A stretch of DNA of 64,000 bases from Octopus vulgaris (Eukaryota), in assembly GCA_951406725.2 (NCBI GenBank), contig OX597831.1, positions 57,722,001 through 57,786,000 of the forward strand, in the 5' to 3' direction. How positions within the stretch are numbered: the stretch's first letter is position 1; every line of letters begins with the position of its first letter. Below are positions 14,561-26,900 of this stretch, one piece after another. Under the pieces are notes generated by a model. It had not been told where the DNA came from and ran no database searches. It saw nothing but the letters and a program-made list of their open reading frames with translations. Position numbers and translations under genes: made by a program.

Positions 14561-14970
14561 GGATCTTTTCGGTTTGAACAGCAGTTTTTTCTAGCGGTGT
14601 CATATGAAATTGTCACCCATAATTATGACCCTAGTATCGATCTATTGCATTTCAATCTGTTTTAGGGTTAGGGGTGGAGGAAGGGTATCTTTTTTTCTTC
14701 AAAAATGTAAATAAACCCAATCTGTTTCTTAAACGAGGGACATATTCATATGGCACAGAATGTTTTTTAACTCAATAGACATCACTGATTGGTTGAAATT
14801 GCAGAAATTGAAGAAAAAAAACAACAAATATCTTACAAACTATAGAATTTTCTCTATAAAACCAAGAGAAAAAGATGTTTTATAAACACATTCTACCAGT
14901 ATACGAAGTTTTAAATTTTTTAGTTACCTAGAAATTATGTCAAAAACTGCCGTTCAAACTGAAAAGATCC
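14561..14970. mobile_element. GGATC-TIR MITE (Merlin-like family), copy 1
   Basis: TIR GGATCTTTTCGGTTTGAAC...GTTCAAACTGAAAAGATCC; imperfect 8 bp TSD (gaagaaat/aaagaaac); internal TTAGGGTTAGGG. Confidence 0.85.
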
Positions 14971-15061
14971 AAAGAAACTTAACTTCTAGCTGCTTTTTAC
15001 AGATCACTTTTATATACTGTTTTCTAAACCTGACAAAAATATGTAGGGATCCAAATTTTGA

Positions 15062-15376
15062 TTTTGCACCCCCAAAATATTTTAGGTGGTGCACTAGCAC
15101 TCCCTGCACCCACCGTTACTGGGCCCATGCCCAAAACGCCATCATTCAATGTGTCCTCCATTGTAAGGGTAATGTTTAATTTGAGATATTTAGCTGCTAT
15201 TTCTAGCATGTTGCCAGTTTTGCACCCCCAAAATATTTTAGGTGGTGCGCTAGCACTCCCTGCACCCACCGTTACTGGACCCATGCCCAAAACGCCATCA
15301 TTCAATGTGTCCTCCATTTTGTAAGGGTAATGTGTAATTTGAGATATTTAGCTGCTATTTCTAGCATGTTGCCAGT
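15062..15376. repeat. Tandem duplication, two units of about 157 bp
   Basis: TTTTGCACCCCCAAAATATTTTAGGTGG...CTAGCATGTTGCCAG occurs twice, almost identical (starts near 15062 and 15218). Confidence 0.9.
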
Positions 15377-15734
15377 GGCTAAATATATTGATGGCAACTG
15401 AACAACAACATTGAAGTATCCATCAATGGGTAATGGTAACAACTGATTTTAGTGATGGAAGGGTACATTGACCTCTTCAGAACAGAGCTAATATCAAATA
15501 GCAACAGATTAAGTTAAAATGTAGGCAAAACTCATCAAAAACAAACAATAAACAATTCTTATCTTTTTTTAATTAATTAAAAGTCACCTAAGACAATGTT
15601 GCAAAACCTTTTATCTTCATTTGAAATTGTTGATGAGAATTAGGCATGTATGTAGTAGCATAAATAGGTAAATTTACATATGATTATATAAGATAAAGGT
15701 TTGCATAAATGAAAATATAAATTTGCATTGTAGT

Positions 15735-15740
15735 TTTATT
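15735..15740 (-). promoter_or_regulatory. Candidate polyadenylation signal AATAAA of the NHL gene
   Basis: tttatt on + strand about 100 nt beyond the NHL stop codon; AATAAA is common by chance in AT-rich DNA. Confidence 0.35.
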
Positions 15741-15836
15741 ATATTTGAACATGTGAAAGCAAAAGGACTTACTGGAAAGGAAATTTGAAAATGAAATCTG
15801 GAAGAATTCATTAGAATTTTTATGGTGACTCCATAT

Positions 15837-16981
15837 TTATAATCGTTCAGATTGGAAAGTCTGTTCAATTTCATTTGCTTTAGTAATATCAAAGAAAGCA
15901 ATTTCGGTGGCTTTGCGTTCACCATGTGATACGCACAATTTGTTGTCTGAGGTTAAGGCTAAGCCTTGCGGATGTCGTAATCTATGACAACTGCTAAGAG
16001 CCTCTCTAATCCACTGGCCTCGCTGATCAAAACAAGCGACACGATCATTATAATGATCAGCAATTAAGACATTCCCAGAATGGTCAATGCAAATACCATA
16101 TGGGGAACGAAGATATCCAGCATCACGTCCATAAGTACCGATGTTTGTGACAAGAATTCCATTTTTGTCAAATGCTTTCAGAGAATGATTACCAGAATCA
16201 GCAACAAAGATTAATCCAGTTGGAGAAAATATTACATGCCTTGGACAACGGAAAGAACAATTGCTCTTATCATTGGTAGGGTTTATTTCAAGAACGATGT
16301 TGAATTGTTTATCTAGAAGTGTCAGAGAATTACCCAGTTGGTCAGTGACAGCAAAGTATCCACTGAAAGGATCTTCAGAAATACCGAAGGGCGATGTGAA
16401 AGAACCCTGCCTATACATATTCATAAGTGTACCTTCTTTCGAAAGAAGCATAATGCATTTCTGGACATGACTAGTTAGCACCACTTGTCGCTCTTTAGTC
16501 AAGGTTGCACAAACTGGATAAATGTTCTCCAAGTCACAAGTATTCAATAGCTTACCATTTGTGTCTAAGGTCTGAAGTCGGTTATTGAACATATCAGTCA
16601 AAAGTAAGACATTGTTACCAACATACTTAACATCAGTTACATCTCCAAGGTGCCCAAGTTCACGTCCTTTCTTTCCAAACCTCCAAAGCCCTACAGCATT
16701 TTTCAAATTTGAATAATCTTCATCATACTGAAAGAGTGTGTTGTCATATGCTTTACCTTCTGGTCTGCTAATCCGGAGCTGCTCAAAGAATTTGACATTT
16801 TTTCTCTCAGTTTTTGATACAGGCATAGTGGATTCGGTTTCCTTATTATATTTAAGCAAAAGGCATTTTCTATTGTATAACTTATCATCAGAATTTGACT
16901 TTAAACGAGAAAGTTCCTGAGACCGTTCTACATCAGGGTTAGCAAGTCTATTCAAATTTTCCAAAGATATTCCTTTTGTAT
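15837..16981 (-). CDS. NHL-repeat (six-bladed beta-propeller) protein, TRIM2/TRIM3/brat-like NHL domain; probably the terminal coding exon (ORF track start 16997)
   Basis: Uninterrupted 386-codon ORF with typical NHL blades: LGDVTDVKYVGNNVLLLTDMFNNRLQ, FTSPFGISEDPFSGYFAVTDQLGN, FRCPRHVIFSPTGLIFVADSGNHSLKAFD, LRSPYGICIDHSGNVLIADHYNDRVACFD, LRHPQGLALTSDNKLCVS. The apparent start MISIP overlaps an acceptor-like tttcaattccAG (AG 16983-16982). No RING or B-box is encoded in this exon. Confidence 0.88.
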
Positions 16982-17719
16982 CTGGAATTGAAATCATAAA
17001 ACATTATGAGTAATGATAGTCATACATATTTCACAAAGTATATGTGTGTGTGTGTGTGAGAGAGTAATTTAAAAACTGCAATTTATTCTTTTCTTACACT
17101 GGTACAGGGTCACAAATTTTGGGAAGGATACAGTTAATTGGGCACAGTCACTATATACTAGGTAATAATTTAATTTACTTCCTTCTACAACAGTAGTTAC
17201 ACAACTTATTTTGTCATGGAACCTTTATACAATTTTTACAAAAGAAAAAAAAAACCCACTGAACTCATTCCTATATTTAATGGATAATCTCCATGATTTT
17301 AATCTAAAGAAGGTATTAAATGAAACAAGAATTGTTTTACTCGACTCTTTTTGTTACTGACTACGCTCTGTCCTTCCCTTCAAGGACTCTACCCCTCTGA
17401 AATTCTATTACACCACATGCTTTTCTGCGGCCATCAACTTGCAAATGTTCCAGAGGAATGTTAACCCTGCTGATTTCACTGATGATCATTGACCAACGAA
17501 GGCCACATGCATAGCCCATTCCAGCTCGATGGGCAGTACTTAAACACATTTACAAACACCATCATTCAAAAGACATCAATGCATACAGCACCTTTTGATT
17601 TTCGAATAATACAGGTAACAAGAGAGATAATGTAATATCAACGTAACTAAAACCCCTTTTTGTTTCCCCCCAAAAACCACAGCATATTTTAACTCGACAT
17701 GCCAATTCTTCCCCTACGT

Positions 17720-18200
17720 CCCTCGACCCCAAAAGTCTTTATGGTCTGTCTTGCTGCCTAAATGCTCGTCACACCGAGCTAAACCTAATCATTAACATCC
17801 CCTCGGTTCTGGAGCCGTTGGGGTTATCCAGAAGTGATAGAAAGAGACCAGATGGTCTTACCCTCTGTCCCTGGGTTAAAAGTAGTTGCCTTATGTGGGA
17901 TACCAAAGTCTGCAACTCCTTTGCTCCTTGTCACATTCTGGATGTGGGTCACTGATTCCGTAGTCAAACGGAAGAAAACCCTGACGTACCGGGACCTAAA
18001 AGTGAACTATCTCTTCCAACCTGTGGTGTTTGAGATGTTTGGAGGGACTGGGCCACTAAACGTTAAGTTCTTGTCAACTTTGGCAGCTCGCCTCACCGAA
18101 GTATCAGGTGATGCCTGTGAGAGCGCTTGGCTTTCTCGAAGCCTCAGCCTCTCCATCGCCCGTGGTAATGTTATGAGCGTGCTGGCTTGCTTCAGTAGAT
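17720..18200 (+). mobile_element. CRE-clade non-LTR retrotransposon C-terminal fragment (restriction-like endonuclease)
   Basis: LYGLSCCLNARHTELNLII...PSVLEPLGLSRSDRKRPDGLTLCPW...LMWDTKV, then after a frameshift YLFQPVVFEMFGG...LSLSIARGNVMSVL. Confidence 0.8.
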
Positions 18201-18630
18201 TCTTGCGGTATGCGACCAGTTGCTATGATACAGTTTTAACAGAAATATTTGGAAGAATTAGATGAAAGTTCTCCGGTAATTTCCTTTCGTGTAAGTAAAT
18301 GTTCATGTTAATTTTAAAATTTGCAAGCAAAATATTATAAAATGAAAATGTTCTAAAACATTTTCTAAAATTAAAATTACCTAACTTTCCTTGCAATTAT
18401 CACAAAAAACTCGTCATCAATGAAGAAAACAAACATTTTTCAAAACTTTAAAATGAGTTCCTCTAAGGAACAAAATAGAAATTTTTCAAAATTCAACAAT
18501 ACCGCATTACCAACACAGAGACATTGCAGTACACACACTCAACAAAATAACTATGTATTTATTTAAAAAAAAGCATACACTACAAAGTAACATAAAAAAT
18601 ACAACTCTTCATTGATGTATGAGTCTTTTG

Positions 18631-19039
18631 GGATCTTTTCGGTTTGACCGGCAGTTTTTCTAGCGGTGTCATATGAAATTGTCACCCATAATTATGACCC
18701 TAGTATCGATCTATTGCATTTCAATCTGTTTTAGGGTTAGGGGTGTGGGGAAGGGTATCTTTTTTTCTTCAGAAATGTAAATAAACCCAATCTGTTTCTT
18801 AAACGGGGGGACATATTCATACGGCACAGAATGTTTTCACCTCAATAGACGTCAATTGGTTGAAATTGAAGAAATTGAAGAAAAAAACAACAAGAAATAT
18901 CTTACAAACTATAGAATTTTCTCGATAAAGCCAAGAGAAAAAGATGTTTTATAAACACATTATCCAGTATACGAAGTTTAAAAGTGTTTAGTTACGTGGA
19001 AATTATTTTAAAAAACTGCCGTTCAAACCGAAAAGACCC
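18631..19039. mobile_element. GGATC-TIR MITE (Merlin-like family), copy 2
   Basis: Same TIRs and internal sequence as copy 1; exact 8 bp TSD GTCTTTTG (18623-18630 and 19040-19047). Confidence 0.9.
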
Positions 19040-19792
19040 GTCTTTTGTGATAACTGTTTGGTGATGCGAGGAAAGTTAGGCAATTGTTAGCCAAATGGTT
19101 GCAAATAGCTAGGGGCGAGGTGCGGAAGGCGTTGTCAAGGGGGAAGAGTTGGCTTGTCGAGTAAAATATGCTGATGTGGGTTTTGGGGGATACAAAAGGG
19201 GTTTTAGTTGTGTTGATATTACATTATCAGAAAATAACAACCAATAGCATTAAAACCAGAGACAACTTCAAACACCGTAACCAAACAGTCGAAATAAAGT
19301 TTCTGAATAAAACAAACAAGAAAACAGCAAAATAAATGAATAGATAAATAAATAACAAAACTAGCAAACATCTGTATCCATCACAAACCACTAAACTACG
19401 TAGAGTAATTAACATCAACACCGGTCATATCGCATCATCAAATAATACACTCACAATGCGGCACTAATATCAGACATTTCTTGAATCAGTTCTACCAACA
19501 GTCCGTCTGTCTGAAGGGCTTGGTGGTCGATAAGGTAGCCTACGAAAAACTAAAAGACAAGTGCGGGGATAGAATTGACCCGGGCGGAGCGATGGTGGAG
19601 TTAATTGAACTGCCACCAGTAATTGATCTGGTAGAACTGGATCCGTATATGAACGTTAAAAAAAAAGAGGAGGGAAAAGAGAGAGAGAGAAAGGAAAAAG
19701 TATTTTTGAAGAAAAAATGATAATTAATGGAAAAAAACAACAGATAAAATAACAAGACTGTAATAACAGTGTGTAAAAACGTTCCAATAGTA

Positions 19793-20025
19793 CGGCGAGC
19801 TGGCAGAAACGTTAGCGCGCCGGGCGAAATGCTTAGCGGTATTTCGTCTGCCGTTACGTTCTGAGTTCAAATTCCGCCGAGGTCGACTTTGCCTTTCAGT
19901 CCTTTCGGGGTCGATAAATTAAGTACCAGTTACGCACTGGGGTCGATGCAATCGACTTAATACTTATGTCTGTCCTTGTTTGTCCCCTCTATGTTTAGCC
20001 CCTTGTGGGTAATAAAGAAATAGGT
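19793..20025 (+). mobile_element. SINE family B (tRNA-like head; central CCTTTCATCCTTTCGGGGTCGATAAATTAAGTACC)
   Basis: Matches other copies at about 1287-1500, 4170-4370, 7558-7770, 7810-7995, 26500-26690(-), 37126-37358(-), 37862-38265, 52770-53270(-). Confidence 0.85.
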
Positions 20026-20289
20026 ACTGCATGAGAAGTGGGGCCCATGCAGCCATTTCATTGTTCATTATTGTATAATATTCATTCTCATCTGTTTTGT
20101 CTGTCCTTGTAGTGTCCCCCTCTATGTTAATGGCCTGAGTGCCAAATAAAGAAATCTCTCTCTCTCTCTCTCTCTTTCACACACACACAGACACAAATAT
20201 GCATCTTTGACTCGGACCACTATTTTAATCCCCTCCTTCCATCAAACACCTAAAAAGCAAGCGAGAAATATAAAAATTCACAAGCCTCA

Positions 20290-21240
20290 GAGCCACACCA
20301 AATCCCTAGGGCCTGAAGGCATCGTTGTGCTCGTCAACATCTCATACCAATATTATCAAATTCAAAGTGAGGCGAAATCATAACAATTCTAAAACCAAAT
20401 AAAAACCCAAACGAAGTAGCATCATACAGACTCAGCATATACACATACGTACACTTTCAAAATTCCAGCCCACATCACCCTCACTAAATCACAACACGAG
20501 CTTCGACCACTGCACTCAATCACAAAACTGCTCACAAAATTACACAGAAAATACATAATGAATTAAACAACAATAAAGTCCGCATCATTCTAACTTCATA
20601 AGCAGGTTTATTTTACCCTTTTACCAGGTGTTTTACTCGTACATAAAAGTTTAACTCTTCCTTAAGAAATAACATAAAACATTGGCGAGTAAACTACCAC
20701 CTCAGACTGCCAAACTTATGGAGTTTGCAAGAAAACACTACCAAAACTTTAAAACCGATTGGAATGCTGTGAGGATCCGTTCTCTCGGTTGCTCTTCGAC
20801 CCATATTTACAATTTCTATACTACCCACAAGGGGCTAAACATAGACGGGACAAACAAGGACAGACAAACGGATTAAGTCGATTATATCGACCCCAGTGCG
20901 TAACTGGTACTTATTTAATCGACCCCGAAAGGATGAAAGGCAAAGTCGACCTCGGCGGAATTTGAACCCAGAACGTTACGGCAGACGAAATACGGCTACA
21001 CATTTCGCCTGGCGTGCTAACGTTTCTGCCAGCTCGCCGCCTATATTCGACCCATATTTACACGACTTTCCCACATCTCTACAAAACATACTGGCAACCT
21101 TACACGCAGATAACATCACACTCACATCCTAATTCTCAAAACACTGCCACACAACTACCATTCTCAAAACACTGCCACACAACTACTCGAAACCTGTTTA
21201 AATCATTCAGAAACATAACTTCGCAACAACAGTCTTAATG
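20290..21240 (+). mobile_element. Highly decayed LINE RT relic (Jockey/I/CR1-like), split by a SINE
   Basis: KSLGPEGI (cf. KAPGPDGI), LRPLHSITKLL, and LLFDPYLHDFPTSLQNILATLHADNITLTS (cf. LFNIY..D.P...YADD). Confidence 0.6.
20812..21045 (-). mobile_element. SINE family B (GGCGGCGAGCTGGCAG head), full-length with TSD
   Basis: 17 bp TSD TTCGACCCATATTTACA at 20795-20811 and 21046-21062. Confidence 0.9.
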
Positions 21241-22805
21241 TAACTCTTATCAAATCCATTGGGCGATCCTTCGGTATAGGTACCGTAAGTACCAGAAGTG
21301 GCTTTGTTTACATTTCTGAAGATAACAGAAACCATTTTCTGGATATGCAAACGGCGCAGTTTATGCAGCAAGTTTCAAACACCACAGTTCATGTTAATTA
21401 CAAGGGGAAACGCCTGCACAAACACCCAGAACAATGCTCTAGAATACTTCCTGATATCCTAAAGATACAATCGTTCTCACTCAACCCAGAAAAGCATACA
21501 GAACATATTACATAGAAATACCTACAACGATAACTTCACTGGCCCCAAATAGTGACGGGATGCACACCAACTGTCACGCTTTGACCGAGTCCACTTCGAC
21601 GCCGTTGTAGCCAACCCCAAGATCTACTGAAACACAGAACTAGACTGAAGTGTGTGTAATATGTCCAGACTGTACTCAGGAATGATTCATCATAATGGCG
21701 TGTGCAATATAATCTTCAGGCAGATAGATCACTGAACCGATTCTCGTCTTTCGGCCGACTGTCTGCATGGCATGCGGGTGTTTTCGATCAAAGATAACAT
21801 GGGGTTATATATACAACGGGTACATATGAACGTATGCGGAAGCCTCTGCGTCTTTGTTCGACTTACTCGAAATAGCAACCAAATCTTCCTCAAAACCACG
21901 CCCTACAGCGCTTTTAGAAAGAACATATTTGGCCAATGTACTTTTAGATTCACTGTGTCTGAATAAAGACGCGATGGTTAAGATTGGAATGTCTGAAGTC
22001 AATGATCTTTTCGAACATAACAGACCTGGGGCAAACTACAATAACTGGTATTTTACCAATCCTCCAATATTTCCTCGGCAGTATTCGAACACAGATATTT
22101 GAGGCTGAGGCTGACACTGAATTCCATAACGCATATCTGTATTACTATTACAAGTGAACCAACAAGGAGCCTTTACTTGGTTACTTTAGAAGCTAAGAAA
22201 AAAAAGTGGGGTAAAATTTCCTTAGATTACATAAAGACGAGATTGTCAGAGCTAAATGCTTTTCCGCATGAAAGTACTTAGTCATGGCTGATCTGGCGAG
22301 TAACAAATGATTATTTGTAGTAGAAGTAAGCTAACTGGAACACATGAACTGGAAAAATAGTTACGAGTACAAGACAAAAAACATCACACGATAGTTACAT
22401 TCTGAATTTCAGTCGTGCTGAGGTCAACTTTGCTTAGTACTTTTGTTACAATGTAATTCACATTTAAGATGAATTACAGGAATTTCAGTCGACCCAATAC
22501 CTAAGAAGTACTTTTATCTTAAGGACCGCGACAGGAAGACTCATTCCGGGTCGTTAAACTCAAATGCTAGTCAGATACCGGATCAATAGATATTCTTATA
22601 ATGCGCCATAAATGTGAATGAAATTATAATAGAAAACTCTAGCGATGAACACGATAGATTATCCAATTTACTAACAAGTAAATATTGATATTTTTCTCTT
22701 TTACACAGCAAAAGTATGTGATGGATTTGGTCGATTATATCAAATCCCAGTATTCAACTGGTTTTATAAGAAACGTGGATGTAGGTATGCAATTAAATAC
22801 TACCT

Positions 22806-23016
22806 ACTCTTTACTCTTTTACTTGTTTCAGTTATTTGACTGCGGCCATGCTGGAGCAACGCCTTTGGTCGAGCAAATCGACCCCGGGACTTGTTCTTTG
22901 TAAACCCAGTACTTATTCTATCGGTCTCTTTTGCCGAACCGCTATGTGACGGGGACGTAAACACACCAGCACCGGTTGTCAAGCAATGCTAGAGGGACAC
23001 ACAAACATATACACAC

Positions 23017-23072
<56 letters not shown>

Positions 23073-23228
23073 GACAGGCTTCTTTCAGTTTCCGTCTACC
23101 AAATCCACTCACAAGGCTTTAATCGGCCCGAGGCTATAGCAGAAGACACTTGCCCAAGATGCCACGCAGTGGGACTGAACCCGGAACCATGTGGTTGGTT
23201 AGCAAGCTACTTACCACACAACCACTCA
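22806..23228 (-). mobile_element. SINE family A
   Basis: Full-length match to the family A consensus seen throughout the window. Confidence 0.85.
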
Positions 23229-23636
23229 CTACCTGGTGCTTTTTTTTTTTTTTTTGTCATTCGAATGTAGTAACAGTAACAATTTAATATTTTTGAATAA
23301 AATTATCTAGAATTTTACTGGCACTAATTGTTATCATCATGTCTTAGCTACTCCTTGTACGTCGAGCTATAATTCTAAGCTCGATGAAACGTTCAAAATA
23401 GTAAGACATCAAACGATTTATGTTGCAAAACATTTACTCGGATCCAAATCCATTGATCTCTTATTATAAAAGGCAGATTTTATCTGCCTTCCTTTGTATA
23501 TCCTAATAAAAATAACGTTGACGGTGTTACACGCAACAGAAAATACTGTCCCGTTAGAAAGCGCAAGAAAAATACTTGTGTGCGCGCGATCAAACACATA
23601 CATGTTTGTATATATGTATGCATGTATGAGTCAATG

Positions 23637-23781
23637 CACTAGTGTAGCTACAGTGTGCCGCCCGGAGCTGCCCTTCCGCTGGCCTCCCCCGGACCTCACA
23701 AAAAACACATACTGCCTACAGCAGACCCAAAAGTGCTGCCCGGAGCGGACCGCCCTTGACTTCCCACCAGCTACGCTAGCG
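23637..23781. mobile_element. 145 bp hAT-like MITE
   Basis: TIR CACTAGTGTAGCT / AGCTACGCTAGCG (11/13 complementary), exact 8 bp TSD AGTCAATG (23629-23636; 23782-23789), subterminal GTGCyGCCCGGAGC repeats. Confidence 0.8.
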
Positions 23782-23929
23782 AGTCAATGCTGTCTTAATT
23801 CTGATCTATATATGCTGTGGCTTGCTATCAAAAATATATACTATAGGACCCGGCGCAGATTTGTCCAGGGACCCATAATGCAGCCAAGACTGCTCTGAAG
23901 AAAGCGTGCGTACGTGTACTCCATTTCAG

Positions 23930-26900
23930 AATGGTTGCTGACAAGACCAAATGCGTATTTTGGTGTTGACTTGAGATTTAGAAAGATCAGAGCTGTATTG
24001 TTTTACCCTGTCATCTCTAGCGGTGATCCTAAGAACCAAGACATTTCAACCATGACACTGTAGTCTTTTCGTCTGACAAAGAGTACATGGAACTACATTA
24101 ATCCAAAGTTGCCCTCCATTTGTTTTTCTTTCAATGAACGTCTGTGGTTTTAAGGAAGTTTGGGTGCTGTTACTTGAAAGTCAAATAGCCAAAGTAGAAG
24201 ATACCCCTCATGTACAGAACTACAGCATTTGATAGCATAAAAAACGCACGGGCATATTAGGTACACCCTGATTTCAGCAGCGCATATTCAGGGGAAAACG
24301 GTGCTTTTTTGTAAGTGTGTATTAAAACATAATATAAGCTCAACGGTTAACATACAGTTTAGTGCAATAGAGATCTTGGAGTGACAATGAAAAGCCTCAA
24401 GTTCGTTATATCTATTTAACACGAAAACGATGCATAAGAATAACTATAGCTTTTACCACATGTCATACAAATATAATGGAAATAAAGTATCATTCGTTCA
24501 GTATTGTCACTTGGGTTTCTTGGCGAGCATCCATCGCCCTTCGACAGTCTGTGTATGGATGCACTCATCGTTGGGTCAACAAAATTTAAAGAATGGTTCA
24601 CAACTGTATATATGACCTAAACTAATAGAGAAAAACCCATCCATCGGATATCAAACGCGTTTCTGTGGCTTTTCACTTGTGTTCGTTGTTGCAGTATACT
24701 ATGCTGCAGCAGTGTACCCCAGCTGCTATTTCAGAGATGCTCATGTTTATCACCAGAAGATTTTATTTACGACACTAAACTGTATCTTAACCAGCCCAAC
24801 TTCGCATATAGGACCCGAAGAGATTTTTGTGGGGTGAGTGGCTTATATGCTATCAAATACGGTATATTGAATAGCACGTTATTAAGAAGTGTAAAAGACA
24901 TAATATCAAACTGTGTATCATTCCAGTTAAAACCCTGGGGTAACTAACTTCGATTTTTCCTGATTTCAAAGACAACGTAGTAGTAATATGTTAATTCTTG
25001 ATTCAATTAACTCTTCTCTTCCTCCACCACCAACACTCCCTGCCACCCAAATTGAATTATAACTTAAACAGGGAACCTTATACGCGGTCGTTCAACCAGC
25101 TAGAAATAGAAGCTAAATCTCCTCGATGCTTCACTTTACTTTCTCAAAAGCTAAAAAAAATGGGAGTGTCTGAAAGAAATTTGGGACAGACGCGAGTGAT
25201 CTGCTGATCAGGAGTCTGCTCGATCAGAATTGACTTATGATTAAAATAGCAATAACATAAAAAACGAAGGAGTCTTGATCAAGCTGCGAGAAGTAACAGT
25301 CAGATTCCTTCAAGGTATACCCTACATCCTTAACAAAAGGAAATATATAGTGGTTATTATTGTGGGAGAATGAAATACCTGAACAAAAAGACAGGACGGT
25401 TTCGGTAGAAGTGCCTTGATCATAGGTTTGCTCAGACATATTTGACCTGGGGCTAAGTAACAACCACCTCCCCAGTCAGTATTATGTCTAGAGAAAATAA
25501 TTCAGTATCAAGAAATGAGAAGGAGAGTACAACTTAAATAGCCGGTGTTGATTTTTAACATTAGACCAGCCCTAATCAAATACACGTACAATCAAAGACG
25601 TACCAGCGGTAACCAGCCTTCTTTTTCTCAGGGACTACATTACATGTTCAGTTTTGCGACAGCAGGATGAAGTTTGAGAGATATTGCACCACTATTCGAT
25701 CAGATATGGTTGTGTAGTTAATAAAATGTGGTTGGTTAATAAGTTCGATTCGCAACTACGTAGTTTCGAGTACGATTCTATTGCACACAACCTGGGGCAA
25801 GTCTCTTCTAAAACTGCCTTGAATTACTCCTAAGTCTTACGAGTGAACTTTAGTTATTTGTGAGTGACTAAAACTACAGTGAAGCCCATCGGAGTGCTCT
25901 TGTTGGTAGAACTTGACTAAATTCATTGTCCAATTTAACACCACCTCCCAGCCCTTGAGTGTCTTTTAACAGAGTCCACTCTGTTGCAAGCTTTTGAGCT
26001 AGGTTTTCGGACCGAGAAACTTTCTCACATCCTACCAATAGTCCGACAGACACGAATCCCTTTTCTCGGTATCTATCAGTTAAGACAGCTACAAGAAGGT
26101 CAGTTACTTACAAAGAAGAAGAAGAAGAAAAAGGGACTAACAGAAAACAATTCTATAAGTGGTAGTATGCAACAGTAAGTTGTCTCGGTGGGGGAATAAA
26201 AATGTGAGAAATAAGAGTTGTGATTTTTTTTACACGAGAATTGTGTCTTGCAACCTGAAAAGGTTTCAAGACGCAACGAATATTTTAGGAAAATAAAAAT
26301 AAGAGAAACAATTTTACCGGTGAGTGTGTTAAATAATAAGGCACAAAAAGAAAATGACTCTCCCCAGACACAACAGAATATGCTTCAACACACGAACTCA
26401 TATAAAGAATCGTGCAAACCAAATCCAAAAACGAATATCTAATGATATTGTAATATTTTTACGGGTGTATCAACGAGTCCCAACTTGGATAACCAGAATA
26501 ATCCTTTCTACTGTAGGCACAAGGCCCGAAATATGGGGGAGGGGACTAATCGATTACATCAACCCCCAGTGTTTCACTGATACTTAATTTATCGACCCCG
26601 AAAGGATGAAAGGCAAAGTCGACCTCGGCGGAATTTGAACCGTTAAGCATTTCGCCCAGCGTGCTAATTGATTGTACCAGCTCGCCGCCTAAGGATTACC
26701 ATAATAAATAAATGCGACCGACGTTGTCTCCTTCGCTGGTTCGAAATAGTGTTGAAGAAATGAAAAAAAAAATGTGGAAAAAGAAATTGTTAAAACAGCT
26801 ATGAGGTAGGAAGGATACTTTCTTATTGTGGCGAAAATTCTTTTAGTAAAGACCACATCACTCTGGAAGCTTCTGTGCGGTCACTCGATTTTCAAGAAAT

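Noticed and set aside
19481-19720. 79 aa ORF with protein-like composition
   Set aside because: Non-ATG start, ends in a low-complexity GA tract, no recognisable motif or clear splice sites
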